Assembly: GCA_964373795.1 (NCBI GenBank) | Contig: CAYJVY010000006.1 | Location: forward strand, 60,001 to 92,000 | Source of the DNA: an uncultured archaeon | Lineage (GTDB): Archaea; Iainarchaeota; Iainarchaeia; Iainarchaeales; DATDZZ01 | Direction: 5' to 3' | Length of the DNA stretch: 32,000 nt | Shown here: positions 14,240 through 22,918 of the stretch, one piece after another | How positions within the stretch are numbered: the first letter of the stretch is position 1 | Layout: each line of letters begins with the position of its first letter | Made by a program: the position numbers and the translations under genes | The notes under the pieces: generated by a model | Databases searched by the model: none | The model's input: the letters and a program-made list of their open reading frames with translations, nothing else | Told to the model about the DNA's origin: nothing

Positions 14240-16027
14240 ATGGCAATGCTTGACTTAACTTTATTGCTTGACTTGGGACTAATTATAATAGCTGCAACTG
14301 TGCTAGGATATGTTGCTAAAGCATTAAAGCAACCTCCACTAATTGCATATATTGCAGCAGGATTGCTTATAGGGCCATATGCATTAGGTTCATTGGGAAT
14401 AAGGTTTGGTCCAATTCCAGTACTAGGAGTTGGCCCTGAACAAATAAATAATATAATAATTTTATCCGAATTAGGAGTAGCATTTCTATTATTTTCAATT
14501 GCTGCTGAAACAAATTTTTCTAAAATGTTTCAATTAAGAAACATTTTATTTGCAGGAGGAATTCTTCAAGTACTTTTAAGCACTGTTCTAGTATTCTTTT
14601 TAACTTTTTTAATTCTTCCAAATGCAATTCAAGCAATTTACATCGGATTCATTCTAGCGTTTAGTTCTACTATGATGGTTGTAAAAGTTTTATCAGACAA
14701 ACAAGAAATTAATACAATTCATGGAAGGTTAATGGTTGGATTTCTTCTAGTGCAAGATGTAATAGTTATTCTTTTACTTCCTTTAATTGCAAAAATCTCT
14801 ACTCAACTATCTTTTTTTCTTTTATTAGAGGTTTTCTTAAAAGCATTCATTCTTTTTGCAATAGGATTTTTATTTAACAAATTTATTTTACCAAAATTAA
14901 TTTCTTATTCAAGTAAATCAGTTGAATTGTTTTATTTAAGTAGTTTAAGTGTTTGCTTTTTATTCATCATTTTATCTCATTTAATGAATTTTTCAATTGC
15001 AGTAGGAGCATTTATTGGAGGACTAGCAATTTCAAATTTATTATTTAATTTAGAAATTGTTAGCAACATTAAGGGTTTAAGAAATTTTTTTGCCACAATA
15101 TTTTTTGTAACACTTGGAATGCAAATAAATTTTTCTTTTATAAATTTTTCCATTCCATTATTTGCTTTAATGTTGTTTGCTGTTTTCATTTTAAAACCAA
15201 TTATTTTCAGCATTATTACTTTTTTTAGTGGCTATGGAGGAAGAATTTCTTTATTAGTTGGATTAGGCTTAGCTCAAGTAAGTGAATTTTCTTTTATTTT
15301 ATTAAATCAAGGATTTAATGGAGGGCAAGGCCCTTTAAGTCAAGAAGTTTTTTCGAGTTCAATACTTGTAATTGGATTATCAATGGCTTTAACTCCTTAC
15401 ATTATAAAATACGACGACAAAATAAGTTTCTTTTTTAGAAACCGCTTAAGGAAAATAGATTTCTTGGCAAAATTTTTTGACAAACACAAACAAAATCTTG
15501 ACAAATTAAGTAATGTTCCATTAAAATTAAACAAACACATTGTATTATTTGGTTGTGGGGAAACAGGTAAAGGATTTGTTTCGACTTTTAATGAAACTCA
15601 AAACCTTGTAGTAGTTGACAACGATCCAAAAGTAATAGAAGAACTAATAAGTAAAGACGCTTATGCAATTTATGGCTCAGTTGAACATTTAGAGGCATTA
15701 GAAAAAGCTGGCTTGACTAGAGCTGATTTATTGGTTATTACAATTCCAAACGAAGAAGCATCAATTTATTTAACTGAATTAGCTAAACAAATAAATCCAG
15801 ACATCATAATTTTTGCAAGAGCACATCATAACGAAGGCGTAATAAAATTATATGAAAAAGGAGCAGACTTAGTTATTGCTCCTGAAACACTTGCATCAAC
15901 TGAATTAATTAAAAATGTTTCAAATTATTTAGAGAAAGGGAAAAAGTTTAAAATAAAATTAAGAAAACAATATTTAGACTATGTAAAAAATGGATTAAGA
16001 AATAAAGAAAATAATTTCAAAATCTAA
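14240..16027 (+). CDS. Monovalent cation:proton antiporter (CPA2/Kef-type) with a C-terminal RCK/TrkA-N domain
   Basis: About 12 hydrophobic helices are followed by the Rossmann-type segment IVLFGCGETGKGF...VVVDNDP...GSVEHLEALEKAGLTRADLLVIT. Confidence 0.85.
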   Translation: MAMLDLTLLLDLGLIIIAATVLGYVAKALKQPPLIAYIAAGLLIGPYALGSLGIRFGPIPVLGVGPEQINNIIILSELGVAFLLFSIAAETNFSKMFQLRNILFAGGILQVLLSTVLVFFLTFLILPNAIQAIYIGFILAFSSTMMVVKVLSDKQEINTIHGRLMVGFLLVQDVIVILLLPLIAKISTQLSFFLLLEVFLKAFILFAIGFLFNKFILPKLISYSSKSVELFYLSSLSVCFLFIILSHLMNFSIAVGAFIGGLAISNLLFNLEIVSNIKGLRNFFATIFFVTLGMQINFSFINFSIPLFALMLFAVFILKPIIFSIITFFSGYGGRISLLVGLGLAQVSEFSFILLNQGFNGGQGPLSQEVFSSSILVIGLSMALTPYIIKYDDKISFFFRNRLRKIDFLAKFFDKHKQNLDKLSNVPLKLNKHIVLFGCGETGKGFVSTFNETQNLVVVDNDPKVIEELISKDAYAIYGSVEHLEALEKAGLTRADLLVITIPNEEASIYLTELAKQINPDIIIFARAHHNEGVIKLYEKGADLVIAPETLASTELIKNVSNYLEKGKKFKIKLRKQYLDYVKNGLRNKENNFKI

Positions 16028-16669
16028 CTATAAAAGTTTTTCTTTTAATTCTTGAATTGCTTTTTTTCTATCTGTTTGACCAAAAATTGCATTTCCGGCA
16101 ACCAAAACATTTGCTCCTGCTTTCACTACCTTTTGCACTGTATCAAGATTAATTCCGCCATCAACTTCAATATCTAAATTTGGTTTTAATTTTCGTAGTT
16201 TAGAAATTTTTGGTAAAACTGATTCAATAAATGTTTGCCCGCCAAAACCAGGGTTAACTGTCATCAATAAAACCATGTCTAATTCATCTAAAACATCTTC
16301 AATTGAATTCAAAGAGGTTGCAGGGTTTAATGCAACTGCAGCTTTTACTCCGCAAGACTTTATTTGCTGAATAACTCTATGCAAATGAGGACACGCTTCA
16401 ACATGAACTGTAATAGAAGCTGCTCCTGCTTTAACAAATTCTTCAACAAATTTTTCGGGTTCAACAATCATTAAATGACAATCCAATGGTTTTGAAGATT
16501 TCAATTTTTTTACTACAGGTGGCCCAATAGTAATATTTGGAACAAACCTTCCATCCATTACATCTACATGAATTAAATCAACTTTTGATTCAACTAAAGC
16601 AATTTCTTCATTAATTTTTCCAAAATCAGCTGATAAAATGCTTGGAGCAATTAAAACTTTTTTATTCAT
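16028..16669 (-). CDS. rpe: Ribulose-phosphate 3-epimerase
   Basis: It has IAPSILSADFGKINEEI, HVDVMDGRFVPNITIGP, MTVNPGFGGQ and VDGGIN. Confidence 0.93.
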   Translation of the reverse strand: MNKKVLIAPSILSADFGKINEEIALVESKVDLIHVDVMDGRFVPNITIGPPVVKKLKSSKPLDCHLMIVEPEKFVEEFVKAGAASITVHVEACPHLHRVIQQIKSCGVKAAVALNPATSLNSIEDVLDELDMVLLMTVNPGFGGQTFIESVLPKISKLRKLKPNLDIEVDGGINLDTVQKVVKAGANVLVAGNAIFGQTDRKKAIQELKEKLL

Positions 16670-17250
16670 TTAAATGGTCCTCCAGGAATTAAAAAAAATA
16701 TAATTAAATTTGCAATAATAATTCCAAGAATTTCAGCAACAATTAAAAGTATTATAGGCAATAAAGTTTTAAAATGAAATATAATGTTCAAAAATTCAAG
16801 CAAAACAAAATTAGCATAATACCATGAAAAATTTAAATAATATGAGAACGGAATTGGTTTTTTTGAAAACAAACTTCCAAAATATATTAAAAAAATTGAA
16901 AAAAACACTAAAGCAATTGTTAAAAAAATAACCATTAAAGAAATATAAAAAGTTAAAAACCAAATCATTCCTAATACAAAAATTATCAAATTATTTTCAG
17001 GTTGAACATATTTGTTAAAAAAAGGAATAATTGGAAAAATAAAAATCAATGGCAAAAGGCAGGCAATTGGAATTAAAATAATTACTCCCAGAAATGAAAC
17101 TGCTCTTTCAATGTCATTTTCAGGAGTAAATCCTTTATATAAATCCAAACGAGAATTAATTGAATTAAATAAATTTTGGTCAACTGAAATCAAGTTATTT
17201 TTTAATTTAATTACAAAACTCGCATACGGTTTAAGAAAAAAATCAAACAT
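16666..17250 (-). CDS. Hypothetical multi-pass membrane protein embedded between rpiB and rpe
   Basis: A 194-aa ORF that is highly hydrophobic, with about 5 helices. Its stop overlaps the rpe start as ATGA, and it begins 17 nt after the rpiB stop. Confidence 0.55.
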   Translation of the reverse strand: MFDFFLKPYASFVIKLKNNLISVDQNLFNSINSRLDLYKGFTPENDIERAVSFLGVIILIPIACLLPLIFIFPIIPFFNKYVQPENNLIIFVLGMIWFLTFYISLMVIFLTIALVFFSIFLIYFGSLFSKKPIPFSYYLNFSWYYANFVLLEFLNIIFHFKTLLPIILLIVAEILGIIIANLIIFFLIPGGPFK

Positions 17251-17267
17251 TTTAATCAGCTATTTTC

Positions 17268-17744
17268 TCAATTTGGTTTAAGAAATTGCTTTTCTATCTC
17301 TTTAATTTTATTCAATCTACGCAAATGCCTTTCATTTTCTGGTTTGCTTCCTTCAAACTTTGTTTTTAAAAAAATTTCTACAAACTTTAATGCATCTTCT
17401 TGATTTAAAAGTTTTTCACCTAAACATAAGACATTTGTATCTCCATGTTCTCGACATTGTTTTGCAGATGCTTCACTGAATACAACTGCTGCCCTTATGC
17501 CTGGAACCTTATTTGCTGTTAAAGCCATTCCCATTCCAGTTCCACAAACTAAAATTCCTTGAGAATTAGGATTTTTTACAACATTTTGTGCAACGCTTAA
17601 AGCAAAATCAGGGTAATCACAACTTTCTTCAGAATTAGTGCCAATGTCAGTGAATTTAAAGCCCAGTTCTTTTAATTTTTCTTTAATTGCTTTCTTTAAT
17701 TTAAACCCAGCATGATCTGATCCAATAAAAATTTTCAAACACAT
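17268..17744 (-). CDS. rpiB: Ribose-5-phosphate isomerase B (RpiB/LacA/LacB family)
   Basis: It has KIFIGSDHAGFKLKKAIKEKL, CDYPDFA and GILVCGTGMGMALTANKVPGIRAA. Confidence 0.9.
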   Translation of the reverse strand: MCLKIFIGSDHAGFKLKKAIKEKLKELGFKFTDIGTNSEESCDYPDFALSVAQNVVKNPNSQGILVCGTGMGMALTANKVPGIRAAVVFSEASAKQCREHGDTNVLCLGEKLLNQEDALKFVEIFLKTKFEGSKPENERHLRRLNKIKEIEKQFLKPN

Positions 17745-17810
17745 AAAAACTAATTAAATAAAGAACTCGTTATTCTTAAATACTTATTTTTTAGTTTTGA
17801 ACTAGTCAAC

Positions 17811-17822
17811 ATATTTAAATAC
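17811..17822 (+). promoter_or_regulatory. TATA-like box ATATTTAAATAC centred about 27 nt upstream of the ATG at 17843
   Basis: Sequence and spacing match an archaeal TATA box. The tracked start at 17840 is a TTG immediately before the ATG. Confidence 0.45.
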
Positions 17823-17839
17823 TATAAACCTGTATTTGA

Positions 17840-18295
17840 TTGATGAAATTAAAAATTTGCATTACAGCTTCTGCAGGAGGGCATTTAACTGAAATACTAC
17901 AACTACGACAGCATTATTCAAAATATATTCATTTTTATGTTTCAGATTATAGAACTAATGCAATTGATTTAAGCAAAAAAGAACAAGTTTTTTTTGTTGA
18001 ATGCCCTAGGAGAAATCCATTAAATCTTTTAAAGAATTTTTTTCAGTCAATTAAAATTTTTTTAAAAGAAAAACCTGATTTAGTTATTTCAACTGGTGCA
18101 GATACTGCTTTTTCTATTTGCTTGCTTGCAAAATTATTCGGAAAAAAACTAATTTTCATTGAATCGTTCGCAAGAATTGACCAGCCATCCTTGAGTGGAA
18201 AAATTTTTTATCCAATAGCGGATTTATTTTTTATTCAATGGCCTGAAAATAAAAAGTTTTTTCCAAAAGCAGTTTATGTTGGAGCAGTATTTTAA
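17840..18295 (+). CDS. Alg14-like / PssD-Cps14F-like membrane-associated subunit of a split MurG-type glycosyltransferase
   Basis: It has KICITASAGGHLTEILQL, then LVISTGADTAFSICLLAKLFGKKLIFIESFARI. Confidence 0.8.
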   Translation: MMKLKICITASAGGHLTEILQLRQHYSKYIHFYVSDYRTNAIDLSKKEQVFFVECPRRNPLNLLKNFFQSIKIFLKEKPDLVISTGADTAFSICLLAKLFGKKLIFIESFARIDQPSLSGKIFYPIADLFFIQWPENKKFFPKAVYVGAVF

Positions 18296-18304
18296 GGTGA
18301 GAAA

Positions 18305-18787
18305 ATGAATATCTTTGTAACAGTTGGCACTCACCCGATGAGTTTTCATAGATTAACAAATGAATTAGATTTTTTAATTGAAAAATGCATGCTTGAAGAC
18401 AAAATTTTTGCTCAAATTGGGTCAACTACTCCAAAACCAAAAAACTTTGATTTTGTGGAATTGCTTTCAGAAAAAGAATATTCTAAATGGTTTGATTGGG
18501 CTGATATAGTAATATCTCACGGTGGAGCTGGAAGCATAATAAATGCTTTGGCCAGAAATAAAAAATTAATTGTAGTTCCAAGGTTAAAAAAATTCTCTGA
18601 ACATACAAATGATCATCAAATAGATTTAGCTCGCTTGCTTGAAAAACAAAAAAAGGTTTTAGGAGTATATAATATTAAATCTCTTGGCACAATAATTGAA
18701 AAAGCAAAAAAATTCAAATTCAATGTTAAAAAAGAAGAAAACCAAATTGGAAAAAAAATCGAAGAATTTATTTCAACAAATTTTTAA
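18305..18787 (+). CDS. Alg13-like / PssE-Cps14G-like catalytic subunit (glycosyltransferase family 28 C-terminal domain)
   Basis: It has MNIFVTVGTH, ADIVISHGGAGSIINAL and HQIDLARLLE. The last 7 codons and the stop lie inside the 51-bp repeat. Confidence 0.8.
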   Translation: MNIFVTVGTHPMSFHRLTNELDFLIEKCMLEDKIFAQIGSTTPKPKNFDFVELLSEKEYSKWFDWADIVISHGGAGSIINALARNKKLIVVPRLKKFSEHTNDHQIDLARLLEKQKKVLGVYNIKSLGTIIEKAKKFKFNVKKEENQIGKKIEEFISTNF

Positions 18788-18817
18788 TTTGAGTTGAGAG
18801 ATTTTCTGCAGTGAAAC
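18767..18817. repeat. Direct repeat copy 1 (51 bp, identical to 19304-19354)
   Basis: The sequence is TTTATTTCAACAAATTTTTAATTTGAGTTGAGAGATTTTCTGCAGTGAAAC. I compared the two copies base by base by eye. Confidence 0.95.
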
Positions 18818-18826
18818 AAAATTTGT

Positions 18827-19054
18827 TTATAAGAGTTTCAGAAAATTTTCTCGTTTCATTTGCAAATCGTGTTTTACTATTTTATTCAAAAGGCTTCTAT
18901 CAATGTCTTCTCCACCATGATTTGGGATTACAGTTGTTCTACCATCTGGATGTTCAAAAAACATATGACTTCCTTGTTGTCTTTTCAATTCAAATCCAAG
19001 TCGCTTTAGAATTTTCGCCAATTCAAGAGCATTCATTAGCGGAAGCTTTGACAT
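18827..19054 (-). CDS. hicA: HicA-family type II toxin (mRNA interferase)
   Basis: A 75-aa ORF with LELAKILKRLGFELKRQQGSHMFFEHPDGRTTVIPNHGGEDIDRSLLNKIVK, the typical HicA/YcfA pattern including the GSH motif. Confidence 0.85.
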   Translation of the reverse strand: MSKLPLMNALELAKILKRLGFELKRQQGSHMFFEHPDGRTTVIPNHGGEDIDRSLLNKIVKHDLQMKRENFLKLL

Positions 19055-19055
19055 T

Positions 19056-19265
19056 TCAAACCTCTATTTGTTGCAAACTCAAAAATTTAGTCTCAAAATT
19101 ATCTAGATTTTTAACTGCAAGATAAATAGAAATTGCTTCTTTTGTTCTCTTAATTAGTTCATCATAACTTTTTGCCTGAGTATGACAACCAGGCAAACCT
19201 ATTACCTCTGAAATTAAATATCCATCTTCTCCTTGCTCAACAATTACATTAAATTTTCTTGTCAT
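19056..19265 (-). CDS. hicB: HicB-family antitoxin (UPF0150-type N-terminal domain)
   Basis: A 69-aa ORF with FNVIVEQGEDGYLISEVIGLPGCHTQAKSYDELIKRTKEAISIYL. It ends 1 nt before hicA begins. Confidence 0.8.
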   Translation of the reverse strand: MTRKFNVIVEQGEDGYLISEVIGLPGCHTQAKSYDELIKRTKEAISIYLAVKNLDNFETKFLSLQQIEV

Positions 19266-19303
19266 AATATAATACTTCTAAATGTTCTATAAATAGTTAT
19301 CGT

Positions 19304-19354
19304 TTTATTTCAACAAATTTTTAATTTGAGTTGAGAGATTTTCTGCAGTGAAAC
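19304..19354. repeat. Direct repeat copy 2 (51 bp, identical to 18767-18817)
   Basis: It encodes the last 16 codons (GFTAENLSTQIKNLLK) and the stop of the transketolase C-terminal subunit on the minus strand. Confidence 0.95.
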
Positions 19355-20267
19355 CGTATTTTGTATATAACTCTAATGGCTTGCCTGATTCTCCAAAACG
19401 ATTTTGCATTCCAATTCTCTTAAAAGGAATTGAACAAGAATTTTCAGCTAATACTTCACTTACAGCTGAGCCAAGCCCGCCAATTATTTGATGATCTTCT
19501 GCAGTAATTAATGCATTTGTTTCTTTTGCTGCTTTTAAAATAATTTTTTCATCAATGGGTTTAATTGAATGAATATTTATTACTCTGCAAGAAATTTTTT
19601 CTTGTTCTAAAAGTTTTGCGGCATTTAATGCAATATAAACTAGTCCTCCAGTTGCAATAATGGTTGCATCACTTCCTTCATGTAATTGAACTCCTTTTCC
19701 AAGTTCAAATTCATAATCTGCATTGTTTACTGTAGGAGTTTTTTCTCTGTTTGTACGCAAATAACTTGCTTCTTTAAATTCTGCTAAAAATTTTGTTGCC
19801 TCGCGAGTTTCAATTCCATCGCATGGCACTATTACATTCATGAAAGGCAGTGTTCGAAAATAAGAAATGTCTTCCAAGCATTGCGCTGTTGCTCCATCTT
19901 GTCCTGTAAGTAATCCTGCATGCGAGCCCACAAGCTTTACTGGAACTTGTGCATAGCAAACGCTTTGTCTAATTATTTCAATTGCTCGAGTTAAAAAAAT
20001 TGCAAAAGTTGAAGCAAAAACTTTTTTTCCTTCAAGAGTTAAACCAACAGACATTCCAACCATGTTTTGCTCGCAAATTCCTACATAGTGAAACCTGTTT
20101 GGATCAACTTCTTTTACAGTAATGCTTTTAGTGGATAAAGCTAAATCAGCATCTAAAGCAATAATGTTTTTGTCCTTTGCAGCTAATTCTTTTAAAGCTT
20201 CTCCATAAGCATCTCTTGTTGCAATCATTTCAATTTTTTGTTCAGTCATCTGATCAACTCTATCCAT
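19305..20267 (-). CDS. Transketolase, C-terminal (pyrimidine-binding plus C-terminal domain) subunit
   Basis: It has ATRDAYGEALKELA, ALDADLALST, ICEQNMVGMSVGL and GQDGATAQCLEDISYFRTLP. The real start may be the second ATG at 20249. Confidence 0.92.
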   Translation of the reverse strand: MDRVDQMTEQKIEMIATRDAYGEALKELAAKDKNIIALDADLALSTKSITVKEVDPNRFHYVGICEQNMVGMSVGLTLEGKKVFASTFAIFLTRAIEIIRQSVCYAQVPVKLVGSHAGLLTGQDGATAQCLEDISYFRTLPFMNVIVPCDGIETREATKFLAEFKEASYLRTNREKTPTVNNADYEFELGKGVQLHEGSDATIIATGGLVYIALNAAKLLEQEKISCRVINIHSIKPIDEKIILKAAKETNALITAEDHQIIGGLGSAVSEVLAENSCSIPFKRIGMQNRFGESGKPLELYTKYGFTAENLSTQIKNLLK

Positions 20268-21000
20268 GAATTACGTCAAAAAATATTAATTTGTTATCCC
20301 ACTTACTAAAAAAGGCGTTCCAGGGAGCCAATGAAGTTTGAGTTCTTAACATGTTTCGCAATTGTGCAATAAATCTTTCAAGCTGAGTTCCTTTACTTTT
20401 ATCCTCAAACTTTTTGCTTTGCAATAAGTCTTGAACTGTTTGAACTTCTCCAAGTTGATGTAATTCAGTAATAATTATTCCAGGCAAACCCTCTTTTCCG
20501 GAATGTCCATAATGATATTTTACTACCTCAAAAGTAATTCCAGGAAATTTTGCTTGAAGTTCTTGTTTTCGCGCTAAGAGTTCTTTTCTCAAATCCTGTG
20601 CAACTTTAATTTGATCAATGTCTCCTTGACTTGGAAGTATTTTAACAAAAAAACTTTTTCCTTCAATCTCTAATTTGAATACTCCTCTATTTCTTCTACC
20701 TTCATATCTTGAAGTAAATGGATGAGAAAGTTTTACAGTTACAAGTGAATGAAATTCATTGTTAAGCCTTATTTCTCGAGTAACCTTTTCCCCTACTTTT
20801 AACCCGCCTTCGTGTTCTTTTATTATTTGCCATAGCTTGGGAAGAAGGCCTTTATTTCTAACTAAAAATTCTCTGAATTCTTTTGAATAAAATGCGCGCG
20901 GACGTTGAGCAACTTTTTTTCTTATGCTAGAAGGTTTTCTAGGTAAACGCTTTTCAGCCGATTTTCTGTTTCTTTGATTTATGCGCATTAATCTCACCAA
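20260..21000 (-). CDS. Hypothetical protein wedged between the transketolase halves: Arg/Lys-rich N-terminus and a possible minimal protein-kinase-like fold
   Basis: A 246-aa ORF. Candidate starts are TTG 21000, GTG 20997 and ATG 20988, the last lying 5 nt after the tktN stop. Its stop overlaps the tktC ATG as ATGGATAG. Kinase-like landmarks in order are GKSFFVKI, IIITELHQLGE, LAPWNAFF and LIFFDV. Confidence 0.6.
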   Translation of the reverse strand: MVRLMRINQRNRKSAEKRLPRKPSSIRKKVAQRPRAFYSKEFREFLVRNKGLLPKLWQIIKEHEGGLKVGEKVTREIRLNNEFHSLVTVKLSHPFTSRYEGRRNRGVFKLEIEGKSFFVKILPSQGDIDQIKVAQDLRKELLARKQELQAKFPGITFEVVKYHYGHSGKEGLPGIIITELHQLGEVQTVQDLLQSKKFEDKSKGTQLERFIAQLRNMLRTQTSLAPWNAFFSKWDNKLIFFDVIHG

Positions 21001-21857
21001 GTTCCGTCAACTAGTTTTTCGTTTAGTTCGCGAATAGCTTGCTCTAATTGTTCTTGAGTTGGAGCCTTGCCGTGAAAAGAAGGATTATTGTTAATAAATG
21101 AAACCCCCTTGCCTTTCACTGTATTACAAATTATTGCAAAAGGTTTGTCTGAAGAATCTGCTTCATTTAATGCTTGAATTATTTCTTCAACTTTATGGCC
21201 GTTAACTACTCTTACATTCCAATTAAAGGCTTCAAATTTTTTGTCTAAGGGATCTACGCTTAAAATTTCGTTTACAAATCCATCGTTTTGAATTCCGTTT
21301 TTATCGATTACTGCAACCAAGTTATGTAATTTTTTGAATCCAGCAAAAGCAGCTGTTTCCCATATAATTCCTTCTTGGGTTTCTCCATCGCCTAGCCATG
21401 CAAAAACTTTGTGTTTTTTTTCATCAAGTTTTGCAGCTAAAGCCATTCCACATGCAACTGAAAATCCTTGTCCTAGGCTTCCAGAAGACATTTCAACTCC
21501 AGGGGTTTTCAATCTATCTGGATGGCCTTGAAGCATTCCTCCAAGTGCGCGGAGTTTTTCTAATTCTAAGTCAGGAATTATTTTTAATTTATTTAATGCT
21601 GCATAAACAATTGGGCAAGCATGTCCTTTACTCATTACAAATCTGTCCCGAGAAGGATCATGTAAATCATTTAAATTGAAATGCATTTTGTAAAAATACA
21701 AAGCAGTAATTATTTCCGCGCTTGAAAGGCTTCCACCTGGATGCCCTGAATTAGCTTTAGTAATCATTTTCAAAGCAGAAATTCTTAAGTCTCGAGCAAT
21801 TTCTCTTAATTCTTGAATTTTGTCTTTTGAAAGTGTTTTCTGCATTTCCGTCGCCAC
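20994..21857 (-). CDS. Transketolase, N-terminal (thiamine-diphosphate-binding) subunit
   Basis: It has SGHPGGSLS, DRFVMSKGHA, GSLGQGFSVACGMA and GDGETQEGIIWE. Confidence 0.92.
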   Translation of the reverse strand: MATEMQKTLSKDKIQELREIARDLRISALKMITKANSGHPGGSLSSAEIITALYFYKMHFNLNDLHDPSRDRFVMSKGHACPIVYAALNKLKIIPDLELEKLRALGGMLQGHPDRLKTPGVEMSSGSLGQGFSVACGMALAAKLDEKKHKVFAWLGDGETQEGIIWETAAFAGFKKLHNLVAVIDKNGIQNDGFVNEILSVDPLDKKFEAFNWNVRVVNGHKVEEIIQALNEADSSDKPFAIICNTVKGKGVSFINNNPSFHGKAPTQEQLEQAIRELNEKLVDGTW

Positions 21858-21860
21858 AAA

Positions 21861-22514
21861 TTATACTTTTAATCCAGCTTTTTTTGCATCATCTAAAAAC
21901 TTTTTCAAGCCATTGTCAGTTAAAGGGTGTTGAAACATTTTTTCTAATACATTGAAAGGCATTGTACAATACTCTGCTCCAAGCCTTGCAGATTCAACTA
22001 CATGCCTTGGATGTCTAATGCTTGCAACTAAAATTTTTGTTTGAATGTAGGAATATTTTTCAAATATTTCTTTAATCTCTTTAATTAAATTCATTCCATC
22101 TTCAGAAATATCGTCTAAGCGGCCAATGAATGGTGAAACAAATTCTGCTCCAGCTTTTGCAGCAATTAATGCTTGATTTGAAGAAAAAATTAAAGTGCAA
22201 TTAATTTTAATTCCTTCAGAGGAAAGAGTTTTAATTGCTTTAACCCCTTCTGGAATAAATGGAACTTTTACTACAATGTTTTTATGCAGTGCTGCAAGAA
22301 TTCTTGCTTCTTTTAAAATCTCGTTATACTCTGTTGCCAAAACCTCTGCTGAAATTGGGCCATCAACTAGTTTAGTTATTTCTTTAACTCTTTGCTTGAA
22401 GTCAACTCCTTCTTTTGCAATTAGGGATGGATTAGTTGTAATGCCGTCACATAAACCCCATTCAACTGCTTGTTTGATTTCATTTAAATTAGCTGTGTCT
22501 AAAAAAAATTTCAT
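21861..22514 (-). CDS. Transaldolase / fructose-6-phosphate aldolase family (short TalC/FSA type)
   Basis: It has MKFFLDTANLNEIKQAVEWGLCDGITTNPSL, VKVPFIPEGVKA and FVSPFIGRLDD. Confidence 0.92.
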   Translation of the reverse strand: MKFFLDTANLNEIKQAVEWGLCDGITTNPSLIAKEGVDFKQRVKEITKLVDGPISAEVLATEYNEILKEARILAALHKNIVVKVPFIPEGVKAIKTLSSEGIKINCTLIFSSNQALIAAKAGAEFVSPFIGRLDDISEDGMNLIKEIKEIFEKYSYIQTKILVASIRHPRHVVESARLGAEYCTMPFNVLEKMFQHPLTDNGLKKFLDDAKKAGLKV

Positions 22515-22573
22515 TCATTCACCTTTAATTAACTTGTAAAAAACTAGCGTCAAAAAATTTAAATACCTATTAA

Positions 22574-22864
22574 TTAAGCTACTTTTTTGGAAAATTTTTT
22601 CAAAGCCTCTATTGAAGCTCTTTTAACTGCGTCAGGCTCGTTTGCTCTAATAAGTCCTTGAAGGAATGGAACAAAAACAGGATTTCTTGAATTGCCTGCT
22701 TGACTTACTAGTGAAACTTTTTCAGGCAGTGAACGGCTTTCACCAAATCTTTTAATTAACAGTTCAGAGTTAACAGCTGCTGTTGGTAAAACTCGTTGTT
22801 TTAAAGGAGTTCTTCTTCGCTCCAAAGAAATAATGCTTGCAGGCCTACGCGGTTTCAACATCAA
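22574..22864 (-). CDS. Hypothetical small protein with an Arg-rich N-terminus and a possible HEAT-like helix pair at the C-terminus
   Basis: A 96-aa ORF opening MMLKPRRPASIISLERRRTPLKQRV and ending ANEPDAVKRASIEALKKF. It lies between the aminotransferase and tal on the same strand. Confidence 0.4.
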   Translation of the reverse strand: MMLKPRRPASIISLERRRTPLKQRVLPTAAVNSELLIKRFGESRSLPEKVSLVSQAGNSRNPVFVPFLQGLIRANEPDAVKRASIEALKKFSKKVA

Positions 22865-22918
22865 TCACATTAAAATTGTTGTTAAAGTATTATAAAAAGC
22901 TTTTGCAACAAAAGAGCC

